A DNA stretch of 39,423 nt from Licmophora abbreviata. Its lineage: Eukaryota. Made by a program: the position numbers and the translations under genes. The stretch lies in contig OLMU01001683.1 of assembly GCA_900291995.1 (NCBI GenBank), forward strand, positions 1-39,423, in the 5' to 3' direction. Within the stretch, counting starts at the first letter, position 1; each line of letters starts with the position of its first letter. The notes under the pieces are model-generated. The model did no database searches, was not told the origin of the DNA, and saw nothing but the letters and a program-made list of their open reading frames with translations. This document shows positions 23,070-34,829 of this stretch, one piece after another.

Positions 23070-23966
23070 ATGTCTTTGCTCTGCTGTCTCGATGCAATAT
23101 CAAAAAATTACAGTTCTGTGGCGACAGTCGAACATTCCTCGTTGCCCCAACATCACCACCAATCACAGGAGCGGCGGGACTCATCGTCGGGCTACCCTGG
23201 CGCTTCCCTGAGACGGTCCTTGTTGGGAGACCCTCCCTCAGATACAGTACTGATAAAGACGGGTGGGAATGCTTTGCAGTCAGTAGATCAGCAAGGGGTT
23301 CAATCCTCTATTGCAGGTGAATTCTGTCCGGAAATACTTTTGGCGATGCACGATGCACGTCTTATCTAGTTATTGCTAACTCTCGCTGCCTGTGTGCTAT
23401 TTTAGTCATTGTTCCAGAAGGCGTGATGCCTGGTCAGACGATAATGGTGGCGCTACCGGACGGAAGTGGACACTTTGTATCGGCGGTGGTTCCAGAAGGC
23501 TGCTTTCCTGGACACAATTTTTTGCTGGATTCCTGCACCTCCGATGGTCGTGACTGGCATTCCAGTGGACGAGTCCAAGATTCCGATGGTTCATGCTGAA
23601 GACATGAGTGACTTGATGTTGTCGGAGGAGTCTATATCGATGAGTTTACAGAACTCGACATCCACGCGGTCGCAAGGGATTGAAATGCGTTCGCGGGTAC
23701 AGCCTGCAGCAGCTAAAGTACAGGGCAGCGACCAGCAGCAGTCTGCTCCGAAACAGGATCGCGTGTTGATTCAGGTCCCAACCGGTGTGATGCCTGGGTC
23801 GAGTATAAGGGTGAAACTCACGGACGGTCGCACTGTCGATGTGGTAGTTCCTCAAGGAGAATCTTCACAATTTTTCGTTTTGGTGCCTCGCCGCAGTCGT
23901 CAGAACTGGCATGACTCGCCGGTGGCCTATGCAGCGCCCATGGTTGTGGCGCCGCTCCTCCTGTAG
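23070..23966 (+). CDS. Uncharacterised protein with repeated VPxGxxPG modules; intron 23317-23405; frameshift at ~23520
   Basis: ATG 23070 (MSLLCCL). A GTGAAT...TTTAG intron gives IAV|IVPEGVMPGQTIMVALPDG, and a second module VPTGVMPGSSIRVKLTDG lies in the downstream frame. The frame changes near a T6 run. Confidence 0.6.
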
Positions 23967-24386
23967 ACATATACGCCATAGAAATTATCACGGCTGGCTT
24001 CGGAAGCAGCCCCGCGAAAGTATTCCGCGAAGGAATGGATTGAGTTCCTTAAGCAGCCGCACCACATTTAATATCAACCGGCAATGCATGATGAGTTTGA
24101 TCTGGTATAGCATACATTGCAATAATGGCATTCTTATTTCAGCCCTTTCGGATGCTACCTTTTCGGTCAGGCGGCATAAAGTATTAGAAGGGTAGAGATC
24201 CCTATTTTCTTGTTCGGAGCAAGCATGAAAGTCGCCGCGTGGCGATTTGGTCGGAGATCAATCATGGCGTTGCATTTTTTCCGGGACTCACCTCGAGCGT
24301 GATCAAACTAGCACACAAAAATTGTGTGCCGCGTGCTTTTTTTGTTCTGCGTGTGATGTATCCATCATCCTTGTTGTTCACACACC

Positions 24387-25771
24387 ATGAAAGGCCATTC
24401 GTCCGCCGCCGCTTTTGCCGTTGTGCTGCTGCTGGCAAGTGAAACAATCGCATTCTCAGGTCTCCTTCAGAAATCTGCAGCGAACAGATACCTGCTTCCT
24501 TACTTTCCATCACGAAGAGAGGCATCAATACCCGCGGGCGGTGCCGGTACCTGGCGTTTCAAGTGGCAAGACACGACTGAAACGAAGGCAGGGTCTACCG
24601 GACTCCATGCGAAACGGGAGAAGAACTCAACCAACACGAATGCATCAACATCAGGTGACCAGAAAATCGGCATTCGTGCCAGAGTATGGAGATGGCCAAA
24701 GCAGGCTCGAGATGCGGCTGGATCGTTCTTGGCCGTCGCACTGTTTGCATTGTCCCTACGAAATCCGGCTGTGGCTGCGGTGACAGGTGGACGCGTGGGA
24801 GGCTCCTTCAGCCCGTCACCCCGCTCTTCAGGTTGTTCGGGATCAAGTATGCGATCATCTCCTTCGAGAAACTACTACAGCCCATCGGCGCGTGGCTACT
24901 ATCGCCCTCGCTTGTACACTCGAGGCTACTCATCGTCGCGATTGTACAGCACCCATGAGAGGGCAGCAACGAAAATGTCGCCCGCCGATATGGTGGTCAT
25001 GACTGGTACGGGTGCTCTTGTCACTTGCGGACTTGTCAGCAAGCGTCGAGATTTGGACCGTCAACAGAATAGCGCGCTAGGGCCAGGTGTCTCTGTAGCC
25101 TCCGTTACCGTAGCTCTTGAAGTCCCGAATCGGGACGACAAACAGAACATTCTCTACAGGCTGAAAAAAGTCTCAGAGTCAGCAGATACGTACCAGCGCC
25201 GAGGAGTTCAGGATCTTGTGTCCAACGGTATGTATCATTTGGGAAACGTCAAGTAGGAGTGTCCCGCCGGTGGTATGTTTCGGGTGCACATCTAACCCCA
25301 AACTTCTCTTTTGTCATTGACATGTGCTCAGTCGCTCTCGAGCTTCTCCGTCAGGAAAGGTCCATCACTGCTGCAGTTGCGTCGTATCGTCACTTTCCAA
25401 CTGCCCATGAAGCACAAAGGCACTTCAATCAATTGTCTGTGAAGGCGCGCAGCAAATTCGAAAAGGAGACGGTTAACAATTTTGATGGAACCGACTTGGG
25501 TGAGATGCCTGAGTCTGGCGATAACGGCGGAGTCACCAGGGCGACTACAGCTGTCGTGACCTTATCCCTTTCCATAGAGGGGGATAGCACGAAGGTACCT
25601 ACAATTACGTCGCGCGACAACCTGCTGACTTCGCTGCTCAAAATATCAGCGGACTCTCAGGTCGATGACTGCTTGCTGGCGGGAGAAGTCTTGTGGGCTC
25701 CTGAGGCAAGAGCTGACAAGCTCGAGAAAGAAGATCTTGTGGCCGACTATCCCGATTTGTTCCCCCTCTAG
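24387..25771 (+). CDS. DUF1517 / FLAP1-like plastid membrane protein; intron 25228-25331
   Basis: Signal peptide + IAF, then GGRVGGSFS with a Ser/Gly/Tyr-rich segment, VSN|VALELLRQ, FNQLSVKARSKFEKET, EVLWAP and YPDL. In-frame GTATGT...CTCAG intron. Confidence 0.85.
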
Positions 25772-25828
25772 CCGGATTCTATTTTTATGTCAGGCGCGTT
25801 TAATCAGCTAGTTACATAGTGAATCGAT

Positions 25829-28008
25829 TCATTGCGCTCGGTTCTCTTCCACAAACAGCTTGCGTAGCTCCAGATTCTGTGCTTCCTCGATTGTGAGGCA
25901 AGGAGTTAGAGTCCAGACTTCCAAATTCTGAATATCAAACTCCGTGTCAGTGTTTGTGTGCTTGCAGAGCGGTGGACTGGCAAAGGTTGCACAAGAGCTG
26001 CTCTCTCCGCCTTCGAGATCCCCATCCAGCGTGAAGCCGATTCCTTTTGGTTCACCGTTGTACGGACTATCACCCCTGCTCCAGTCTCCTCCACCGACAG
26101 CAAGCGTAGTCCCGGTGCAGAACTGTACCATGTCGTCATGGCCGGTAAACGGGAACACTTTCATCTCGTTGTCAAAGCTCGTCGTGCTTGCAATCTCCTG
26201 TGGAGAGGCAATTCTCGAATGTGTCAAGTGCCAAAGGAATGATTCCCCGGAGCCAAACCAACCCTTTCGTTTCCGCCACGAGGTTGACGTAAAAGACCCA
26301 AAGACGTCGCCGTCGATTGTTTCTACCGCAATCACAGTACAAGGTGCAGCTCGAACCCTATACAAGAGTGTCTGAAGTGACGACCCATGCCGTATACGAG
26401 AAAACCTCAACCAGAAGTTTTGGTCTGAGATTTCATTCGGCAGGAATCCACGAAGAGCCTCCATCACTCGTGGCGTCAGGACCCGCGGTCGATCTTCAGG
26501 CGATGTACCAAGTATCCGATATACCCCGCTCTGCTCCTCGTCCAATCCCTTCCATCCGTCGTAGCGCACAACGTTCGAGTCCCGAGCTAGGGGGCTCTCA
26601 GACAAGAGTAAAGACAATTCATCTTTGTCCCATTCGAAAAATGAAAAGTGAGTGTTTACAGTTTGAAAGGTGAACGAATGGCTGCAGACTTCCACGTACA
26701 TTGAGCTAGACCGGGCTTACGCTCGTCCATGGCAGACATCTCCCCTCCTTTGTGATCCATTTCTGTTCCCAATTGTTGCTCTTCGCCGTGTGATGATAAG
26801 TCATCCGATTCCAGTGCACTGTCTTCGGATTCAGCCGATGCAGTCATTGCCAGAATTGCAAGCTCCTCTGAAGTTATCCTGGGATGCCTCGAGTCTCGCC
26901 GCGGATGCGTCCGGTTTTGCAGGGCTCTTGTCGGCGACGGAGGTAAATCCTCTGTCGCCTCCTCGAAAAACAGTGGGTCGGTGTACAACGTCTCTGTCGC
27001 GCTTTCAACAGCAGACAACTGGTCCGCAGTGGGAGACTTCTCATAAATCGCAGAGTAGAGCAAGTCATGCAAGAAATCACGTTCCTGTTCTGTCATCGCC
27101 TTTTCTTTCTCGATCAAGTTGCGGTGCAGTAACTTGACGGCCGCAACGTAACGCTCCTTGCTAATGGGATCGACGTCATCCTCTACGATTTCTATCAAGT
27201 CATCACTCCCTATTGTCGGGGATATCGGCTCGTTGTTTTCCGTCTCGTCCGAGTCCATGGAATATCTGGCTGCTCCTGGTGGCGAGCGACTTGATGGAGT
27301 ATCGATCGGGGATAGAGGAGGCGACTCCGCTGGTTCTTCCATGAGTCCGCCTCCCCACTGCGAAGCAGCTTGGTCCATGTTCGATATCGGGCCGTCATTT
27401 TCCTTCTCGTCCGAGTCCATGGAATATCTGGCTGCTCTTGGTGGCGAGCGACTTGATGGAGGATCGATCGGGGATAGAGGAGGCGACTCAGCTGGTTCTT
27501 CAATGATTCCGCCTCCCCACTGCGAAGCAGCTCGGTCCGATATCAGGCCGTCGTTTTCCGTTTCGTCCAAGTCCCCGTCGTTTTCCGTTTCGTCCAAGTC
27601 CATGGAATATCTGGCTACTCTTGGTGGTGAGGGAGTTGATGGAATATCAATAGAGGACGGAGGAGGCGACTCCGCTGGTTCTTCAATGATTCCGCCTGCC
27701 CATTGCGAAGCAGCTCGGTCCGACAGAGCAGCAACCGGAGCCGCGGCACTTTTGGTGAGGGACCGATTTCTCATGTACTGAACAGCCTTGAGGTCAGAAT
27801 CTTCATCACTATTAGTCTCCTCTTCACTCGTCCGTGTCATGGTGTTGGCCTGCGGAGCACGCCTTGGTGAAATTTCCAGAACCGACGATGAGGGGGTCTT
27901 TGCCACTGCTGCATCATCTCCCGACGAAGGCGCAGGAGATGCACCAAGTCTCATCGATCTGTCTCCCGATGGCTGGTTTTCGTCGTCTGAGCCACAACAG
28001 CACTGCAT
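25829..28008 (-). CDS. TLDc (OXR1-like) domain protein with a long acidic repeat N-terminus; intron ~26623-26720
   Basis: TLDc motifs RHGSSLQTL, GDVFGSF, FGSGESFLW, LAVGGG, CATFASPPL and LEVW. Donor is GTAAGC at 26720 (or GTACGT at 26699) with an AAG acceptor at 26623. ATG 28008 MQCCCG. Confidence 0.85.
27221..27723 (-). repeat. Three in-frame tandem repeats (~156-183 nt), one containing an internal 27-nt duplication
   Basis: Unit encodes D[RQ]AASQW[AG]GG[IL][IM]EEPAESPP.S.ID.PS..SPP..ARYSMD.DE.EN and is highly similar at DNA level. Confidence 0.95.
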
Positions 28009-28449
28009 TGTCACTGCGATCTGACCAATGACTCTCTCAATGTACTCTCACAGCAAGGAAACAATCGACGGGAAAGTAAGCCCATGGACGAGGACAATAC
28101 GCGGTCATCACAGCGCTCGTTGTCCCAAAAAGCAGCGCGTCATTGGCGCACAAAGTTTCAGGTGCGAGCTCGATGAGTTGTCGCATCACAGTGATGTCAA
28201 AGCTCGTCGTTGAAGTTAGAGAGACTATTGAACGAGGCAATGGGCCTGGTCGGCCCGATCATTTCGATGTTCTACTCTGGCTCGCTCAGAGGGTGGTATA
28301 TGAGGAATCAAAAGTTGAATTTGGTCGTACCAGGTAGCCATGCAATACTCTAGATAGAATCGGCGATAATGCTCCAAGCAAGCTAGAGAAAGTAACACCG
28401 ATTCCAGCGTCTATTGAAATCTTTTGTGGTCAGTTATATCACAGTACGG

Positions 28450-29349
28450 TCATGACTCGCCAGACTCCGTAACGGACTCCTTGCTTGTTTCTGATATCTC
28501 TTGTTTTCCACTGTCATGTTTGTCGAATTTCGACTCTGGTACCAGGTACTCCTCCAGAACCTCCAGTTCCATTTCGTGAAGTTCTCCGCACACAATAAGG
28601 CTATGCAGCGGTTCACCAAAGTCCTGCTCTAAGAGTTCATTGAGAGTTCCAGCAACAATTTGCTGTGTCGGCTGTCCAAGTCGAGTCAATCCGATGCACA
28701 ACGTCCTAGTCGGATCGTATACGCCTTGCCCATGTGTCGCCTCGGCCTCGATTAGCTGTTCTGCTGCTGTATTTACACTCATGTATCGTGGCGGCAAGAA
28801 AACCTCTCTTTTTCCCATTCTAAGGGCATCAAAGTCTGGTTCTTTCACCTTGATATCCAACAGGCATAACGTATGCATCCCACCACAACGATTGTATTGA
28901 ATCTTGGGATAGAACGAAGTTGGACGCCACTTGTCGTCAAAGAACGGGATCGATACGGTATGTCCAAAGTTATAAAGCTGCAACCCACAGGATCCCACGG
29001 CTCCCATGACCGACGCATTGTGAATCAACTCCACTTTGACCCCATATTCCTTGGCTCGAATCATGATATCCGTATGCGTCGTGGCACACACGGGATCGCC
29101 CACGACGAGTAGAGCCACGTTTGACTCGAGAGCCGGCTCATATATCTGTTCGGCTTCGCTTTCCACCATGTTGCGATCTGCCACGACGACAGGCTTTCCA
29201 TAGTAGGCCGCGAGCCGCTCGTGGCCGACGCATAGGACCGACGTGTATGCCTCGAGGAAGATTTTGCTACTGGATTTGACTGCCTCGAGCCCTCGGACGG
29301 TTATGTCCTTTTCGTCGCCAAGGCCGAGGCCAATAATAAAAAGAACCAT
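28450..29349 (-). CDS. DPH5: Diphthine methyl ester synthase
   Basis: IGLGLGDEKDITVRGLE, LEAYTS, LVVGDP..ATTHTD, HNASVM, GLQLYNFG, HTLCLLDIKVKE, PPRYM and FGEPLHSL. Confidence 0.97.
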   Translation of the reverse strand: MVLFIIGLGLGDEKDITVRGLEAVKSSSKIFLEAYTSVLCVGHERLAAYYGKPVVVADRNMVESEAEQIYEPALESNVALLVVGDPVCATTHTDIMIRAKEYGVKVELIHNASVMGAVGSCGLQLYNFGHTVSIPFFDDKWRPTSFYPKIQYNRCGGMHTLCLLDIKVKEPDFDALRMGKREVFLPPRYMSVNTAAEQLIEAEATHGQGVYDPTRTLCIGLTRLGQPTQQIVAGTLNELLEQDFGEPLHSLIVCGELHEMELEVLEEYLVPESKFDKHDSGKQEISETSKESVTESGES

Positions 29350-29799
29350 ATGCCTAGCGAAAGAGCGAGAGATTGTTTCTCAGAACGCTGTAATAAGGTT
29401 CTAGGTTCGCCGATAGACCTGCGTCCTCATGGTGGAGACCGTCGGGCGCCCAAAATTGCAGAGCAACGACGAAACCAAAAAAGGCGCGCCATCATCCAAC
29501 TCAAAGGAAAACTTGAGTGGCTCTCCGAGCACTACGGATACGGACGACAGAGAGACAAGGGTGCGTATTTCTTCTCTATGACGTTGCATACTTAGGCAAC
29601 ATTGCTGAAATTTGTATCAGCACGGTTTGATCATATCATCTCGACGAATCTGCGTAGATTCTGTACTAAGGTTTACGAATAAAGACACGACGCAGTCAGG
29701 ATGAGTTTTGTGCTGAGCAAGCGCCATCATCATCATTCGTTAGATTGGCAGACCCTATGGCATCATAATACCTGATTGAAGCAACTCAGAGACTTCAGG

Positions 29800-31206
29800 A
29801 TGAGGCCAATGCCGTCGGTTTCGTTTTGGTGGCGTTCCTGTCTCTTTTGGTACAGGGATTTGTTCCCCAAGTGCACTTGGTGAGTTCTGTCGATTTGCGC
29901 CGGAGCCCGTTCGTATCGGTGGTCATGGCGTTCGTACAGAATCTACGCACTTTTCACGTAGGCTCAGTACCCTCATAGGAACGCTTTTTCGTCATGTTCG
30001 CGATGCGGATGTGATGGCGCGCCACCGCTCACTTTTTCGACAATTCATATGCGTCTAAACCTACACACACCATGATGTAGAAGTTCATTCTCTACTCCCG
30101 CAAACACACTCACCATGGACTGTTTCCCTCCTCTCTTACCACCGCCACACAGACCCATCCTTCAACAGTCACGAGTTCCAGATGGCACAGACAATCGGCA
30201 TTTTCTTCTCAAACGAACCGTGTTTCCCGTCATCCATCACCAGACGAACGCACAGTGCACTTGTCCATGGCATCTTCTCTCCAAGAGCAACAAACCAACA
30301 TCATGGATGTCGTAGTCGAGTCAGAGCCACCACTAGACTTTGTCCAAGTCATTTCAAGGCAAGACAAGAATACTTTCATCAACTATGGCCTTTTCTTCGG
30401 TGCCATCGCCGTTGTACTGGCAACGATCTTGACCCTCGACGCGGGCCTGTCACGTGGCTGGACACCTCTCGAGGTGCTGCATCGACTGCCGACGGATGTT
30501 TGGGAGGCGTACTCTTCTGTCTTGAAGGACAATCCCATCTCGACCAAGGCCGTCACAAGCGCTACAGTGTACACGATCGGCGATGTGATTGCACAGCAAA
30601 CAGAAGGGAAGACTGTCGGGGAACTCGATCGACTCCGGACCTTTCGTAGCATGGCTGCCGGTTTGATTGCGCACGGCCCGCTTTCTCACTACTGGTACAA
30701 CTTTAGTGAACACATTTTTGACCACGTATTGCACTGGACGGCAGTATGGTCCGTTCTTCCCAAGGTCGCTGTTGACCAAATGGCGTGGGGTCCATTTTGG
30801 AGTAAGTTATATCAAATGGAGCATGCGTGCCTGGATAACTTTACTATACACCGATTGTTTCTTACCTGTACTTGTCGTTTATTCTTCCTCATCATCAGAT
30901 AATACCTACATTCTCCTCTTGGGATTGATGAAATTCGAGTCCTTGGAGACCATTTGGTCCGACGTGAAGCGGACAACCATTCCGCTCGTCGTGAGCGGCC
31001 TCAAGCTGTGGCCACTGGCTCATATGGTCACGTATGGCTTGGTGCCAGTGGAGAACCGCCTATTGTGGGTCGACCTAGTGGAGATACTCTGGGTAACGAT
31101 TCTTGCGACTCAAGCTGCAGGTCACGATATGGGGCCGGGTATTGCCGAGGAATCCTCCGAGGCCACAACGTCGATTGTCACGGACGTGACGGATCTGCTC
31201 CAGTAG
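29800..31206 (+). CDS. Mpv17/PMP22-family membrane protein with an inferred plastid leader; introns 29880-30152 (inferred) and 30802-30898
   Basis: NPISTKAVTS..GDVIAQ, HGPLSHYWY, KVAVDQ, W|NNTY, LWPLAH..YGLVP..RLLWV. An upstream exon AVGFVLVAFLSLLVQG|FVP splices in phase 0 but needs one extra base after ATG 29800. Confidence 0.85.
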
Positions 31207-31467
31207 TAGATACCAGCAGCATCGCTCCCAAATTTTGTTTCATCCGAGACCCCTGTCATCAATTCGTCGTGTTTACGCCAATTGTTTTCTCGTGTGTTTG
31301 TTTTAGCCCTGTAGACTCACGCCCAACGCATAGAAAGAGATTTTCGGTACAATGTAAGAATATAAGTTCGACACGTTGGAGTCGATACGATGCTAGAACG
31401 GATTGTATCTGCTAGTTCCGTCATGCCTCGGAGTGTGCTGTAGTGTTCGTACAAATATGCTATGTAT

Positions 31468-32975
31468 TCAGTATATCGTGGCTAGACTACCCACGATGCC
31501 TGGATTCGAGTAGAACGTGTTCAAATCCATGTCGTCCAAGGTATCACGGTTGTCTTTCACTCGCTTGTTGTACTCTCGTAGGCCGTGATGTGGCCATCGG
31601 AAGAGCTCCATTGGGTTCAAGGAGCAGTTCACAACCAAACTATTCTCCCATCCCCGAGCTACTTCGTCAAAGGTATTGCCAAAGATGCCAGTCCTTACTT
31701 TGGGATATGAAATCTCAATGTTCGGTTCTTTCTGAAAGAGCTTCAAGTTCATTCCGACGTGCTTGAAACGAGTGCCAAGGTGTGATTCCTCCTTTTCATA
31801 AAATTTCCATCGAAACGACACGTTGGGAAGTATGGTCACTGTATCCTTGTGGTTGTTGACTCGCAGGTGTCGTAGCTTTCCTAGACCTTCGAGCAGTTGA
31901 TGTGAAGCGCGAAACGATTCATTTCCAACGTACGGCGATCCAATGCTTATGCATGTGACAGGTTTCGGTACAATCGAGTCGGGTTCGGCTGCCGCCTCAA
32001 CTGAGAATAGTGTCGCTAACGCACCCCCCGAGCTGTGTCCAGCAACGTAAAGCTAGAGTGGTGGACAAATACAAAGGCGTGTGAGCCGGCAAAGGTACGG
32101 TCAAATCAAAGTCGACACAATCATGTTTCTTTCCTTACCTTGTAGCTTGGATACCTCTTCACTAGCGGCTGCAGAGTTTCTTGCAAGATATTCTGATAGT
32201 GGCTAACAACTTTCCCACCGCTGTTCCGAAACGGAGAAAACATGCTGTCATGGACAAGGTTGTTGACCTTCATGGTTGGTCGCTGGGAGGAATGACGCTT
32301 CATTGGGTTCGGCTCTTCCTTCATGAATATCTCACGACCTGACGTCCAATCCTCGTTGAACATGGTCCCACGAAAGCCACGAAACCACAGTGTTATTCTC
32401 TGCTGCTCGTTGTGGACGTTCACAGCGTAGGCAAGACCAGCTGGGCCGATTTCGTCTCCAAATGCGACGAACAAGGAGGCTGAAATGTGCCGTTCCGATT
32501 TGCGGAGCGATCCCAGCTTTTCAGAAATAATCTTACGATCTTTGATCACTTCAAGCATTCGAGCGAATGTTGCGACAATGACTTCATCCTCATAAGGCAG
32601 CGTGTCCTCCATTTCCTTCTTCATTCTGATTATAACGTCAGTCACCTCTGACGCCGTCAAGTGAGACGTGTTGAGCTTCATACTTATGTCTTTCAATCGC
32701 TTTTCCTTGACTAATTGTCGCAGTAGAGTGAACGGATACATGAGCGATGATATCTCCAACATCTCATCAAGCTCTTCAAACACAGTGGGCCACACGGTGT
32801 CTATTTCCCCGTAGGAGCGAAACGGATTTAGCGCGCGTGATGCCTCTGTGCGACTGTCGAGGTCGTCGTCGTCCCTGCGAAAGTTGAAGGCTCCACACCA
32901 ATTGAGCTGGGAGCTCACTTCTTCTCCGCTGGAAATCGATACTTCGCTATTAACATTTCGAGTCGTCCTCGCCAT
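31468..32975 (-). CDS. Class-3 lipase; intron 32053-32138
   Basis: FRGT, spliced YK|LYVAGHSSGGALA, IGSPYVGN, DTVTILP, FKHVG and HGLREY (Ser-Asp-His triad). Confidence 0.88.
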
Positions 32976-33315
32976 GGTTGTTTGTTGATGGTGCTGCCGG
33001 TGTGGTCGTGTGCAAGAGTCGGTAGCTAATGCTTCGCTTGGTCACGCTGCAACATGGACGACATCATACTCAAGACTGCTTTGCGCCCTATTGTTGCACT
33101 TTGCGTCAGTCGTTTGTGGGAAAATGAGAAGTAAATATATAAATATCATTATCATAATGTCCATATAGTGGCAAGTGATACTCAAATTTTGGGATGCATA
33201 ATGACTGAATACATGTAAATATCGCCCAAGCGTTGAGGATACTTCGCACCGGTTCAAAGTTTCAACATGAGTTTCGCGCCACGGCGACTTATTGATCAAT
33301 CATTGCTTTTTTGCT

Positions 33316-34829
33316 CTATGGGCCGACAACAATGTAGTCCGCAAAAGCAAGAACTCCACCGGTACTCTCGGATGAAGCCCGCTCCTCTGCTGAAGCCACA
33401 TCAACCCCTTCCTTCAAGTACCGCAACTGCAACGTAAGTCTTTCAGGGTAATGAGACGACGCCGAATCTACGACGTTCATGACGGAGCCCGACGGTCTTG
33501 TGTCGATGAGAGTTGGATTGAGAATGACAGTTTTGCACTCGCGGGAGCCACGTGCCATACGAGAAAACCGCCCAGGGATGCCTGCTTCGAACTTGACGTG
33601 GTCAGCGCCTACAAGACCAATCAAGAGACCGCCAGGATTGTCCTGCGTCCAGTCGTGGGCAGCGGACGCCATGGCTTCGTCCCAGAGGATGCGACCACTC
33701 AAGAAGTTGACAAAAGGCATGTCGTTCTCGAGCTGTTGTCCAGACACGGTGTACTGGAGTAATCCCATTGACTGATGCAGGTCAAAGCTTGGTCTGATGA
33801 CGTAGTCAACGTAGGCTCGGAACTGTGGTGGCTTGGTGAAGTCTGCAAAACCGTACCTTGAGTACCGAAACGTATGAGAAGCAATATTAAATACAAGGCT
33901 GTGGTCAGCAGCAGGATGTACCTTTCTCGAGCGTACTTACGGATCCGTAATGTATTTCTGTGTCCGAGCTTTCTCAAGACCTGGAAATCCACCTTTTTCC
34001 ACCTGAGAAAGATCTTCCGAGTCAACGTTAAGTGCCAACAAGCGGATGCCAAGCTCCTTGGCCGTTTCAAACACAGGACGGTATGCATCAAACGGCCAAG
34101 ACCATCGAGTCTCCCACTGCACGCGTTCCTTCAGTTCTTGTTCCGTATTGACTCCAGCAAGATAATCGTCTAACGCTGGCTGAAACTGAACTTGTACCTG
34201 TTCCAGTCCGATAGCCATTGGAAGAGTTGGTTGGCCGTCTTCCTTGCGAGCCTCATAGATATTTCGAATAATATCGGCCTGCATCATGTGATCCTTGACC
34301 GAATTGTGGTGCTCGCCTAGCCAAATTGATCCACCCTTCGATATTGTTGTGTCGACGAGTGTCCGCACAAAATCAGCTTTCTGTTCGTTCAGAAGAGAGC
34401 GAGAACGGAAGCACGAAAGATAAGTTGTGGGAGAAAATAACCAGCGAAAAGTTTCTCCCTCGCCGTCAGCCTCACATTCAGCGTCTCTAGCCTTGGGTCC
34501 AGGTATTCAGAAGCGTCGGGCGTGATGCTGTAGACGTCAAATCTCAAATCGCCGGAGACAGGTGATGGTTTGGATTGATCCATTTTCGTAGAAGCTCTCC
34601 TACCAGCGTCATCATCGGCAAAGCTCTTGTCGGGGCCATTGAGAAGAACTCCCAGTCCACCGGCGAGAGCTTGTCCTGTCCTGGTGAGGGCGTCGCGACG
34701 ACCAATGCCTTCTGTTGGAATCCCGAATGCTAGCTGCCGTCGCGACCCCTTTGTGGCTCTCGCAGTCTGCACTGCACCTTCCGACACAAACAAGAGGAGC
34801 AGCAGATTGATGGCAAAGGGCTTTGTCAT
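33316..34829 (-). CDS. ChaN/DUF399-like (haem-uptake, Tiki-superfamily) protein, probably thylakoid lumen; introns 34381-34475 and 33857-33940
   Basis: WLGEHHN, IGLEQVQVQFQPALDDY, LLALN, LWDEAMA and GLVGADHVKF. Both GT-AG introns keep frame. Signal peptide, then GRRDAL-hydrophobic-SFA. Confidence 0.85.

Noticed and set aside
27221..27723. Repeats as a CRISPR array or mobile element
   Set aside because: They are long, in-frame coding repeats with no unique spacers, cas genes or terminal repeats.
33042..33299. AT-richer stretch with an 85-aa ORF
   Set aside because: No inverted repeats or coding signal; likely UTR or promoter sequence.
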